Source: Leptogorgia sarmentosa (taxonomy: Eukaryota). Taken from it: DNA of 64,000 nt. Each line of letters starts with the position of its first letter. Position 1 is the stretch's first letter. The position numbers and the translations under genes were made by a program. The notes beneath the pieces were generated by a model, which was given only the letters and a program-made list of their open reading frames with translations, searched no databases and was not told where the DNA came from. Positions 46,281 through 58,968 of this stretch are shown piece after piece. The DNA lies in assembly GCA_964658305.1 (NCBI GenBank), contig OZ210885.1, positions 7,564,001-7,628,000 on the forward strand, given 5' to 3'.

Positions 46281-49200
46281 TCAACAATAATCCCCTTTGA
46301 GGTATTGTTTGATATTCTTTGCCAGTACAGAAGTTCCCTCTTTATTTAAATGGAGTCTAGAGTTATTTAGAAGATTTCGCGTAATGTTGTCGTTCTTAAT
46401 CAGTCCCCAATTGTTGGCTTCACATAGTTAGTTTAATTCTTTATTAACCTTATCTGCCAATTTTTGATCGTCTGACCTTGTGATGATTTCAGACCATATT
46501 AAATCAATATTGTTATCTTGATCTTTAATAGATTTTCCAAGAGTTTCCATTGACCTTATCAGATTAGATGTTGATGTCTTGTGTAGATCGTTTGTCCCAA
46601 TATGGACAATAAGCTTGTCTGGATTTGTAGCCAAGGTTGGTACCATGTACACTGTAAAACTGGAGGAGTAAATATTACTCTTTCGGAGAGTAACTATTAC
46701 CCATGTAAGAGGAGTAATCTATTTTGGGGTAGAAATTACTCCCGAATTGAGGGTAATTTGCACTTTAGGGGTAGAATATAGAAGAGTAATTTGACATGGG
46801 GTAAATTTTACCCCTGTTACGAGGGTAGTTGATTGCGGTGTAACTCGGGTGTAAATTAAAAAGGGGTAAAAATTACCCCACGCTTACCCCCCAATTTTTC
46901 AAGATGGCGGCGACAATAAGGAGCGCCGAGATTTCTAAGCTATTTCTGCGCTGGCAATACTGAAATTCCGCAAGCTATTATCCAACATTTATCATTTACT
47001 AATGATGTTGAATAAACGGTCCACTCTTGGCAAATAACAAGGTAAGCCGAACGACATTATTCATCATTTTTGAAGTGTTTAATTACCGTCTTTATCGACG
47101 AAAGCGCGGTACGTTTCTTTCCCCCCGGGTATTCAATGTGTAGCTTTTGCCATTGTTATGAAATGTGAATGAAGCTATGTTATTGCGCCTCACATATAAA
47201 TGTTAAAAAGTGAAGCTGAAAGGACAAATAGTTTAATAATTCTCATACTGTGATTATTAGTTTGAATAGACGTAGTATTTGTACACAGAGCAGCACATTT
47301 GCTCGGAAAGGTTTGCTGTGAAGTTTTGTTGCAAAATATTTCACAATATGCATAGAATATACAGTCATGGAAATTTTGCGGATTTTGTATACTTTTGTAT
47401 TACGTGCGCGCAAAGGCCTTACAATATTTCAAACTGTAATTCTAAATTTGTAGTCTTGCATGTTGCGCATTTGTCCACATATCAAATTTAATCTGACAGC
47501 AATAGAAACAAATGTTTGTAAATTTATCAAGTCGTGACACAATGATTAACTCTTCTGTGTCCACGTGTTTCAAATCTACCAATCAGTGAATGCGCATTTT
47601 TGGCGCTGAATTACGATAGTAAAATAACGAAACAATCAGGCTTCTCCTCTTTCGCGCTTCATCTTCGTTCGTGATCAAAGCAGTGTTGGGTTTGTATAAC
47701 AACGCGTTTCACTGGTAAGCGCTTCTTATTTGTTTGATACACTTCATGTTTATAATATACAAGCGTCGCTGTCGCGAAATCTGACTCTGAGTAGATCAAT
47801 ATATATTCAATTCAACAATATATGTGCGTTGATTAACATTGTATAATTCCTGCGTGATTAGTAAGTTGTATTTTTATGAACGAACTTATCGCCGCCAATG
47901 CGCACTGAATCCGATGGTTTATGTATGTCGGCGCGCTAACATAAACATAAGCAATAAATTCGGTGGCAACACCTAGCCAAATCTCTTCACTCTTCGTCAA
48001 GTATCAATTATATTTATATATATGCTTGGCTTATTACATTCCGGCTGACTCTTACATTGTATAGTATATATAGTTGCTATGAAATCTTAAAAGCTTTTAA
48101 AGTTTATTATACTCTATATATTCCTGAATTCCACGTTCAAATATTGCGTGTTGTTGCCACAAACTGATCAAGGTTAAGGTTCATTTGCGTTGTTGGAATG
48201 CAAAAAATGCGGGTTTGATCAATAACAGCATTCGGTGCTATTAAATTGTGTGTGTAATTTTGTATGTTGAAACTCTTCAAAATCAACAGTTTTGTTAAAT
48301 GCTTTTGCTCATGTAAAAGTCATGTAAAATTTGTTAGAACTTGTATACCTTTTTTTTAAATCTTATGCGGTGATTGTGTGGCGTGATTCATGTTTCAGTA
48401 TGCATGCCTAGTCGGTAAGGAAATTATCAGTTCCTATGTAAACTACAGATCCCTCAATTTATTATGAACCTCGATATGGAACTATTAAGATGATGTGTTC
48501 ATTAAGAACAGACCCAACTTACTGTTTTTTGTGACATAATGGCCACGCTCTTATTCTGTAAATAATACATGCAAACATGATAATTATAGCTCATTTGTAT
48601 ATTTTCCAAAGCATCAGGCATTAGGCTTTGTGTATAATATAATGTAGATCTGGAGAGACTAAATATCATTACATCGCATATGTTCAAGTCGCATGAAGAT
48701 CTCCTATATATTCCTAGCCATTTTGTGTAGTGTATCTCATAAAAATTTGAAATTCTTTTGGTCGCAGATTGTTTGAATATGAATTGAAATAACTCTTCAC
48801 GTGCTGAAGTTTTGAGTTGGCACGACTTGAAACAGAACGTTGAGGCGGCACGCCTTGCGAAGTGGAGAAGTTTCAATTTAATGAGAACAATTCTAATTTA
48901 ACTAGCATGCACTGAATGCATACCTACTAGGAATGAATTTTGCGCCGTGCTGAAGTTTCGGGTTGTCTCGACCTGAAACAGAACGTTGAGGCGTCACGCC
49001 TTGCGAAGGTTGCAATTTTAATTCCTCATAGGTTCTGCTTGCATGCCAAAAAGAAAAAAATATGATGTATGAATTCCTCGCTGGAATAAAATTGGGCTTC
49101 AAAATATGAAATCGATGAATTTTCTACACGTAATGGGTGGGAAATCAACACAAATAATTTAGCTAGTTTGAGAGTTGTATGAGCAATCTGCACATAAACT

Positions 49201-50279
49201 TCTACCTAATTACGAAGCGAGTTTTGAAATTATGAGATGCATGTATGAATATAGCTGAATGTTGAATGTTAAGTTCCACACTTAATTGGTCCAAGTTGTT
49301 CAACTTAAGAGCTGTTGTCATGCATTCAACATTTTAGGATAATCCAGAGTGACCAGACACACTGAGCAGGTTGTTTCTTGGAGCAAGAGGAGAAATTGCG
49401 CGAGAAAAGGTCATCAAGAGCGGTTTTGGCGTTACAATTCCAAAATCTCCTGTCCTCAAGAATGGAAAGACAATGCAAAATATCACTGCAAAATTTCTGC
49501 AGGATTCTACAGCTGGAAATATTGCGCGCTCGAATGAACTTTTATGTTTGTTGTTAATTTCAAATAGATTTTAAAATACTCTAATAAATTGAACCGCCAT
49601 ATAGATGTATGTATTGTGTATTACAATAATAAAATTGGTGTGCTACAAGTGAAGTTCGATGTATCATTACTCATGCAGGTTCCTGCCGAAATTACTTCAA
49701 TTCAAATTGTAGTAAAATATATTGCCCCGTTTTGTGTACCAGGAGTAAAAATTACCCATCTTTGGTAGAAGTGTAAAATTTACCCCATTTGGTAATAGAG
49801 TAAAAATTACCCCATTTTTATCCGGGTGAAAATTACCCCATTTCATTTGGGGGTAAAAATTACCCTTTTTATAGAGGGGTAAAAATTACTCTTTGCGCAA
49901 AATTACTCTCAAAACCCGGGGCATTCATTGGACATGAAATTTACCCCACTTTTTAGAGTAATTTTTACTCCCCCAGTTTTACAGTGTAGTGCTTCATTTC
50001 TTCTGTCCCCACTCCAGGAAAGGTTTTAATAGTGACTTTATGATCTCGTAGGCCGGCTTGCATTCTTTTTGTGTTTAAGTGCTTGAGCATTGAGTCTCCC
50101 AGAATGGCTATTTTTGTTTGAGTTTGGTGGGTACTTCGTGTGTCAGGTCTGACACTCGCTGGATGTCGGCTTGATCCTCGCATATTCGTGTTGTCTAGTC
50201 GTTCGGCTTGGCTGTTGTTGACATCGGATGGAATATCTTTGTCTTTATCATTAGGGATTATCATTAGTGCATTGTTCAT
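46281..50279 (-). pseudogene. LINE ORF1 (SGNH esterase), split by insertion 46650-49986 and with a premature TAA at 46428
   Basis: ILGDSMLKH...FPGVGTEEMKHY|MVPTLATNPDKLIVHIGTNDL...RLHLNKEG; native stop TGA 46281-46283. Confidence 0.9.
46650..49986. mobile_element. Non-autonomous CACTA/EnSpm (CMC)-type DNA transposon, 3337 bp
   Basis: TIR CACTGTAAAACTGGAGGAGTAAA / TTTACTCCCCCAGTTTTACAGTG; 2-bp TSD TA; many subterminal aaattacccc repeats; removal restores the ORF1 frame. Confidence 0.9.
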
Positions 50280-51564
50280 GGTGAGTCCAACCACGACAGA
50301 CAGAGCAGTCCGTTTTGTTCTACCAATGCTGTGGACTTACTCTAGAAACTTAGTTTCCGCTGGCGGAGTAGCGGCAATTGATGGGACCAGACGCGAGATA
50401 CAACGACCTCAAACGAAACCACAGCAGCAGTTCTATAGTGCCAGCGACATAAATAGATAGAGCGCTTTGCGATTGTTTGTGAAAAATGTGGCTCTCTAAA
50501 AACCAAATTTACCCTTAAATATTCCGTCCATTCATGCAGCATTTGCCTAGACGCTCAAGAGTATGTATGATCGGTATGTGTGTAGGTTCAAAACAGAATA
50601 CTTGAAACTATATCTGATTTCGTTTGTTTTGTCTCGGGCTTAATAAACGCAAAAACCCGTTTTAATACAAGCTACAAATTCTATTTTCCTGGGATTGAAT
50701 GTTTCAACCATTCTGTATGGCAAAGCGTCAAAATATGGTAGATATTCCGTGATCACAATGACACCGCGGGTCCGCGTGTAGTCCAAACATGTACAAATGT
50801 GTCAGTGCCGACACGCTTTACTTGTAAAGGAAGCTCATATAACTATCAGGCAGTAATCAATGCTTGAAATTATATTATTATATATTTACCTGCTCAGATT
50901 CTTCACCTTCGACGATAGTTCTTGAAATAAGGAAAAACACTTTAGCGCGCCTTTCATCGTATCGATCAGAAGGGACATTTTTCCGAAATCTTTGTTTACT
51001 GAACTAACCTTGCCTCAGGCGGTAAATCCGCCATGAACAATCCACCATTATCTGAGCCATCAAGTTGCTCGTTTCTCTCTCTGAAATAATTCATTTCTTC
51101 TTTCAGACGCTAAAATGGCAGGACATACAAACGTGCTACATGAAGATTGCACAACATAGTGATTCTAAAACAAAGTATCGTATCAAATCACGCATAATTT
51201 GCGTGAAACACCTGCATTGCCTTAATTATTTTACTTTCTCCTGTCAAATTCTGTCATCGTTCTGTTTGACCAGAACTTAAAAATTGTAATTCATACTTCA
51301 CTTTCTCCTTGCAGCTGAACAAGTTTCGCGGCCAGCCGCTTGCATTCAATCTCAGCCTAAAAATAGAACGTGTATATTATATATTTAGTTGAGTGAAACA
51401 TTTCTTAAGATCCAGGACTCGTTCCGGTCAAAAACAGAAAAGACTGAAGCAAAATATTTTGCTAAATACTGCAGAGAAATCGACAGAAATATTCACGAGA
51501 ATCTTTTGTGTTGTACACGTGGGCTTTCTAATAAATTGTGATCGATAAAAAGCGAATGCAGTGA

Positions 51565-51854
51565 TTAACAATTATTGGATGAGGTTTTTGTGATATGCGG
51601 AATTATCAAGGTCGAGGTAAGCGTTATCAGCCAAGCGAAACCGAATTCAAAAATTGTTTTATTATACATTTGAAGAATAATAAACAAAGTATTAATGCAT
51701 GAAAAACTTCATTTATCAAAACATTGGCTCATTTTGTACATAATTAGTTATCTGCAAGCAGATAACTGGATTTCCTGTGGGTTGCGTGATTGCGCGATTT
51801 AACTGTAAGCTCTTAGCCAATCAGATTGCTTTTACCATCTACAATGTATAATAA
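51565..51854 (+). mobile_element. Crypton-like non-autonomous element family D in a Hook-like intron
   Basis: TTAACAATTA...AATTGTTTTATTATACATT ... AATGTATAATAA; hairpin partly deleted; related pieces at 10417-10485 and 11792-11840. Confidence 0.6.
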
Positions 51855-53579
51855 TCCACCTTGTCCCCTCTTTGTGCATTTTCCGCCACCGAGGTTTTTA
51901 AGTGATCAACCTACAAATAAATAAATGTAAAATATTCAATGCGAAATCCAAACACGTAGGTTTCTCCTCGTGTTCTGGAGACACAAGTTTTATTGCCTAT
52001 TAATTTTCAGGAAGATTGAAAATGATCTCCGCAACCTTGTTGTATTATACAAACGTAAAATACCTGCTTCTTGTAATTTTCGAGGATTTTTTTCATAGCA
52101 TTTTTGTTCCCGTAGATCCTAAAGATAATTACGAAAGAATTTTTTGACTGTTTAAGAATCTCCAACAGAACACTTGAATGAAAAAACACAGGACACACGA
52201 ACGATCCATCCAGTCACGCACTACTTGCTCGTCAATTTCTTGCTGCATATTTTTTTTTGTAATTTCCGTCAATTCCTCTAAATAACGTAAGAAAAAGCAA
52301 TCAAGTTACCATGAAGATTAAACACAACTTCAGTAACTAATCAATGATGGTATTAAGAAATAATAAAAAATCCTTACTCAACTTTTTCTTGTACCCCTCA
52401 AGAAAAGTTCATATTTAGCCTAAAGGAATGAAAGCGTCTGATTACTTCACATCACGATATCACGGTTCATTTACAGCAACAACTAAGTCATCGGCTTCAG
52501 AATTTTTAGATCAATTTCTTATAGAAATACCATAGGTAGCCCAACGCACGCATGACGTAACATTCAGTAGTATAATATGATCATATATATCATAATATAT
52601 ATTATACTACTGGATCCAGCCGTACTATAACAAGATATGATCTTATATCCACGTATAACATGTGCATTTATATTTAATAAAGCACCGATCGTTCTACATG
52701 TGTTGTTAGATTATTGAAAGTTTGTGCACGATGGCGTTTGAACATGAGGCTGAATGGATAACACATTAAAAAACGTACGACAGTTTCTTTCGTGTGGCGA
52801 AGGACATGTACTTCATCTCGTAACTCTCGAGATTCTTGAGCCAGACCTTGAAGTTGTGCTATCTATAATACAAAAAAAACACGACTCAAAAACATGTCAG
52901 TGCTTTTTATCTTTTAATGTAAATGCTGCTCTTTAAATTCGATCTACTCACTTCCTCACACGAAACTATGTGTTCTTTCATGTATAAGTCGCATCTAATA
53001 CGAAGTTGATCCCTATCTATAAATAATGGTGAAATTTGTAAGGAAAAAACCGACTCTTGAAAAAAGAAAGAAAACAAAACAAACAATCCAGTAGTAGGAA
53101 AAGTTTGAACACGAACATACTTGATTCAAGAGCGTAGTTCTCTTCCCTTAGTTTGACTACCTCTTCCCTCAATTGTTCAACCTCTAAACGAAGCCTGAAA
53201 CATTCATATTCTCTGCAAAAATAATTGCCTGTCAGGGACTGTAGTAATCTTCATATCTCTGATTTTATGAGTAATACAAGCAAGCATTTCAAACGCTTCT
53301 TGAAAACTTTCCAGTGTAGTTACTGCATTTCGTAAACACATTGTTTATTGGACAACATAGAACTATAGAACTTAATTATACTATAGTCTTAAAATGTAAT
53401 GCAATGTTAATGCAACAATGGGGGGCTCAACTTGCTTTGCCCTGCATCGCACTTGTGCTTTACTGCAGTGTATAGTCCTCTTCAGGAAAAAGATTTATAA
53501 ATTTTTAAAGCAGTTTACGAACCCATGTTGGTTGTTATGAGTTCTTAACCGTTTTTTAAGAACTCGCACTTTTAGTTCT

Positions 53580-54385
53580 TCATTTTCCGCTTCGAGAATA
53601 GAGTTGTTCTCTCTCAACAATGATAACTACATTGTAAGAATTAAAACAAATTTATATGTATACCTACAAGCCATCACTTTTCTTTATTGATTGTTGTAAA
53701 CTTATGCTGACAAAACCTGGTTTAGTCATTTACTCAGCGTTACACAATGTAATATGTGCCACTAAAAAAAATTAATGATCGACCATAACAGTACATATGC
53801 TCATACTTGTCCATCACGTTCATGACATCTTTGCGAGATGTCTACGTGGTTGATCGTCCTCGATATCGTATTGCGAGACATTTAAATCTTCATTGGTCTC
53901 CGAATCAGACATTTCATTTAGAAAAAGATCAAAAGGTTTGTGAACGGATAGCAAAATGCCGAGTTGTCATATGTAATACGAGAGCAACGCTGCAACAGAC
54001 GCAATATTATGCAAATCGCAATTGCTACTGTGACGTCATTCCTGGTTGTAAACAATAACAATAAGCGCGCAATGCATTACCCTGAGACTCATTCTTTAAC
54101 TTTTTTTAAGAACTTGAACTTTCAGATCTTCATTTTCCGCTTCAAGTATGGAATTGTGCTCTCTCAACAATGCCATAACTACATTGTAGGAATTAAAACA
54201 AATTTATATGTATACCTACAAGCCATCACTTTTCTTTATTGATTGTTGTAAACTTATGCTGACAAAACCTGGTTTAGTAATTTACTCAGCGTTACACAAT
54301 GTAAATATGTGCCACTAAAAAAAATAATGATCGACCATAACAGTACATATGCTCATACTTGTCCATCACGTTCATGACATCTTTG
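53580..54385. repeat. Direct duplication (~255 bp) within the Hook-like gene
   Basis: 53580-53833 matches 54130-54385. Confidence 0.9.
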
Positions 54386-55397
54386 AGAAACGTCTTCACT
54401 TTGGGCCAAATTTAAAACAAAACTCAATTGATGCTGACAAAATACACATAATTACACTGTTGAATTGTACTGTATCTCCTAATATTATTTTCCATTTAGT
54501 CCATTTTTTACTACATATATACACAGTTAAAGTTGCAGTGTGTTTAAAAACAATCCTGTATCTCTAGATCTTGAAATGCATCATAATAAATATCAACAGG
54601 ACTTGAAAAATCCCCATTTTGTAACTACACCAACAAAAAAATGTTCACATTAATTTTTGTGTTCATTTTTACAATACATAATGAAGACGTTGCACAATAT
54701 ACCTCTTGAATGGCATGCATGATTACTTCTTGCACGTCATCTGCCAGTTTCATGATTTTTGTTATGAATTCTAATAGAAAATATCTACCATTAATAAATT
54801 GTTTAATATCTATAGTGGCATTGCACTTGCACATGATGTAGTTTCTACATGCAGCTAAGATAAAATTAGCCTGTAGGTGGTACACTTCAGGAACCAAAGC
54901 AGCAGGGTAAGATACAAGGTTAAAATGCACTGTTTTGTACAAAGATTACCTTGTTTCCCATCACAAGTGACGGCACATCCTAGAATTAATTGGAGCAACC
55001 GCCCCAACTCCTTCTTGTTATGTTTTTCAGCTGGGGCGGGGGTGACACCCCCATTTTTTTGAAAATGGTCGGTAAATGAATTGCAGTTGGTTTTGAAGCC
55101 AAAGCGGTCGGTAAATTTTCCATCTATGTCATTAAATCACAGAGAGAGCAGAAAAGTAAAATGTATAAAAGTATATGTCTGTTGTCTATGTCCGTGTGCG
55201 ATTCAGTTCGCAAGCTGTGGTTGTGACCAAGCTGTGGTTGTGACCAAGCTGTGGTATATGACCTCTAGACACCATTCTGAGTGTTAAGGCGTTAGAGGCT
55301 CTAAATTCACAAAATTTTCTCGCTCGACGCCAACCATGGTGGCGTCTCGTAGTAGGAACAACGATATCTTTCGTGGGACAAACCAATTCCTGAAATC

Positions 55398-55710
55398 TTA
55401 TTTATATCAGGTAGTTACCTTTTTTCTTTGTGGCGGTTCCTGCATTCTCTCTTCCTCCCCGGACGCTTCTCCTTCCTGCTCTTGCTCTTGCTGGTCAGTT
55501 AAATAAATAAAAAAAGAATTATGAACAACGATAACTTAAACTTATTTATATCAGGTAGTTACCTTTCTTCTTTGTGGCGTTTCCTGCATTCTCTCTTCCT
55601 CCCCGGACGCTTCACTTTCCTGCTCTTGCTCTTGCTGGTCAGGTAAATAAATAAAAAAAGAATTATCAACAACGATAACTTAAACTTATTTATGTCAGGT
55701 AACTAACCTC
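55398..55710. repeat. Tandem repeat of ~143-bp exon+intron unit (2+ copies)
   Basis: cttatttatatcaggtagttacc recurs at 55398, 55541, 55685. Confidence 0.9.
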
Positions 55711-56605
55711 ATCCCCAGTGGTTATGTCACTTAAAAACTTCGCCACTCGCACGTCTTCTTCCCCCGTCCCTGCCACATTGTAGTATTTGTCTGACGTCGT
55801 CACCGAATGGGACATCTGTTTCGCCAGCTGCTCATCGCTGACAGCTGACGAAGGCCCCATTTTCCTCTGTTTGCTTATGAGAGATTTCCGGAGGCCAGCT
55901 CCGTGGACGTCCACGCCCATCCTTTGTCCATCACCTGTATTCGCTGGGAGACCCCGGATTATGTCAAACGCTGTTCCGAAGCGTTTACGAAAAAGATATG
56001 TTCGGACGGTATACCCGGCTTGCCTTCCGTCACCGAGTCGCTATTCGGGTGGGGCCTCAATTGTGTCAGGTACTTCTGGCCCATGTTCTTAATCTCTTCG
56101 TTCCAGAATAACTTGGCTGGTCCTACCGAGGAGCCCGTCTTGTGTTGTGTCGTTTGCGTGACGTACAGCTCACGTGTCTGTGTGCCGGCCTCGAACTCCG
56201 CCACCGTGAGGTTGGCGAGTTCCCCTGCTCGCTGACCGCTTGCGACCAAGAGCCGGAGCATTAGGTAATCTCTCATCTGGGAAAAATCGATTAAAGCAAC
56301 GGGCTCGTCTTCCTCGAGTTCTTGATAACGTCGGCGAATGGACAGGCTCATTGGACTCGACAACATTCGGGCGAAGTCGTCAGGACCAAGAAGACCCTCT
56401 TGGTCCCTTGTCTGACCTCCGCCCGACGGCGAGTCAGCACTGGTGCTAATGAGCCAGTCCAATGTTTGATGCGTGTGAGGGCGGCTTGCACGAGTTCGAG
56501 TTCATGGCTTGACACGCTGCTGTCGATTCTTGTTATCCCCTCCACCCTACTCAACATGAAGTTCAGAAAAAGTTTAAATGATACCACATACGTTTTGAGG
56601 GTCAA
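55690..56605 (-). pseudogene. Tyrosine recombinase of an animal YR element (Crypton-like), frameshifted
   Basis: Catalytic motifs in order: SGQRAGELANLT (R), HKT (K), GLRKS (R), QMSHS (H), DKYY (Y), spread over three frames. Confidence 0.85.
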
Positions 56606-56864
56606 AACATATGTGGTATCAGTTAATAAATTGTTTCGAGACTGGGATCTCGTTTAAGCTTACATTAGGATACTTACGCGGATACGAACGTGACGAAGGT
56701 TCTATCCATCTTACTATAGCTGAGCGTTTTGCAACTCGGCGATTATAGACTGGTGTGATGATCGACTAAGTCGAATTTACTATAATACGGAAAGAATGCT
56801 CCGATTCAAACGGGTAAAAATACTCCAACCTTATTTATACTCCAACCAATATTGAATAACGAAT

Positions 56865-57190
56865 ACAGGGTGTCTCAAAATAAACGCAATCCTACGTTCA
56901 AATGCAATTTTCATTACGAAAAGAAATAGAAAATAGGCTATATTTACAACCGTTAGAAAGCTCTATTTGGAAATGAGCGAGTAATGTTAATTTTTGTAAG
57001 TATGATTGGACAATTTAAAAATTGAGATAGCTCGAATTTTATTTATTTTAGTTGGTTACAATCATTCAACGTGGCCGCCATTTCTCAGCACACACAAATC
57101 ACTTCGACGTTGCATTTCCCGTGCAACTCTTCTTATTAGTTCATGATTTCCATGTAAAGCATCTGCTTCAAGCTGTATCTGCCGGTATTT
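56865..57190 (-). mobile_element. Tc1/mariner 3' fragment
   Basis: TA|CAGGGTGTCTCAAAA TIR; minus strand ends MQRRSDLCVLRNGGHVE*. Confidence 0.7.
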
Positions 57191-58679
57191 TAGAAATTTA
57201 GAATTTTTTTTTACCAATAAAATTAACCAATAACTAATTGGTCATTTTAACCAGTAATAATTGGTTAATATAACCAAATATTTTGGTTGTTTTAACCAAT
57301 TGATGAATGGTTAATTTAATGGTAAAAACGTCCAATTTTAATTGGTCTAAAGAACCAATTCAATTTTAATTGATTCCTCAGATGAATCTGCAGATGACCA
57401 GTATTACACCTGCGCTATAAAACAATACACAACAGTGAGGATATGTATACATTGTGGTATTATTTATTAAAAACTATAAACAGAGGGAAAGAAACCTCTT
57501 TCGAAGCTTCAAGCGAGGAATCATGTGATAAATATCAGTCATACTGGGTCGAAAAAATCTTCTCCGGCTTCCTCGTTCGTTGACAGTAAATCATAAAGGT
57601 TATATTTGAAAGAAAACCAAAACATGCAGACACGTGTCTGTGACGCGGGATATTCAAAAGACGACCGATTACTAAAAGTATTCACAGATCGCAATGACGC
57701 ATCAAATTGTAACTTAAACCGTGATCAGTATTTTCATAACAACTACATAAACACAATCGTAAGACAAGCGATATGGCCTGAAGTCTTAATTGAGAGGCTT
57801 AAAACCGTATTAAAGAGCAAGCAATAAACGCGTCAGTTTCATTTAAACCCACCAAAATATGTATGTTGCATACCTTCAAAGACAGTTTAAATCACCCAAA
57901 TTCTTGCTCTTCAAGAACTCAATAACATCTTGGCAAGACGAATCTCTCGAGATAACCATAACGCGAAGAAATTTTTCAAAGAATACAAATCTGATTTGCT
58001 TTTTAGACTTTAGTGTAAAGCGTCTTCGGTAAATAGCATATAGCAATAGACGCTAATTTCTGAAAACTAAATATCAAATTTCGCTGAAGACGCTTGTTGG
58101 AGCCTTGGGCCAATGGCATTTAAGCATCACGACGACGTCAATGTTAGCTGTCATTATGATTGGTGTTTGTTTATAAAGCCAATATTCAATAGACTGTTTT
58201 TATTTTGGGTCATGGGATTGATGAGAATGATTTTCGCATTTGATTATAAACCCTCCATATACTGTATGTTCAGGAATCAAAAGTAGTCCTTTGGAAGACA
58301 GCAGGAGTTTGACAATATACAAGAGCTGTCTTTAAAAACAATATGTATCAATGTTTTGACAAAGCACGTTTTATACTCACACCTCTATTTCAAGGACATT
58401 GAAATAATCTCATTGTGTAGTGGATTAACTGTTAAATTTTTAACATTCCATTTCCGAAACAAATTCTAACTAATGAGCGATTTTTACACAGGGCTTTCGA
58501 TGGAAACCGCATTTAGCCCATGACTCATCGATAACTTCATAATTATAAACAGCTTATAACGATGAGACTAGTACCAGCTTTGCCGAATATTACATGGATA
58601 TTCCTCCAATTGCTCCAGTTCTTCGTGCGAAGAATCGAATCGAACTTGACGAATCCAAGACTTGAAGAATCGAAGAATT

Positions 58680-58744
58680 GGTGGACTCGAACCCATGGCT
58701 CTCAGATTAAAAGTCTGATGCTCTACCAACTGAGCTAACCGGGC
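58680..58744 (-). pseudogene. tRNA-Lys(TTT), 3' end lost
   Basis: GCCCGGTTAGCTCAGTTGGTAGAGCATCAGACTTTTAATCTGAG...GGGTTCGAGTCC. Confidence 0.85.
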
Positions 58745-58895
58745 AGCTACTAGTAACACGTAGCTTCTTTCTCTGATTTTTTATATATAAACATTGGTAA
58801 AGAATGATTTTCAAAGATGTAAATGACAAAGCAAAATTTGTACTTTGAATCTTTACACAAGTTGTTAATTGTTACACACACTGTCAGTTCTCATT

Positions 58896-58912
58896 TGCCG
58901 AAACCCGGGATT

Positions 58913-58963
<51 letters not shown>

Positions 58964-58968
58964 TCGGC
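58896..58968 (-). tRNA. tRNA-Phe(GAA)
   Basis: Complete cloverleaf TCAGA CT GAA GA TCTGA. Confidence 0.95.

Larger units (their letters stand above)
50890..54770 (-). pseudogene. Hook-family (microtubule-tethering coiled-coil) gene, multi-exon, divergent, probably degenerate and 5'-truncated
   Basis: Ordered small exons: 54703-54770 EFITKIMKLADDVQEVIMHAIQE; 54359-54433 SQRCHERDGQ; 53121-53212 LEVEQLREE; 52812-52862 LAQESRELRDE; EGYKKKL; LENYKKQ; 51860-51910; 51297-51356 EIECKRL; 51009-51109 LPPEAR. Collinear with Hook proteins as recalled. Confidence 0.75.
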
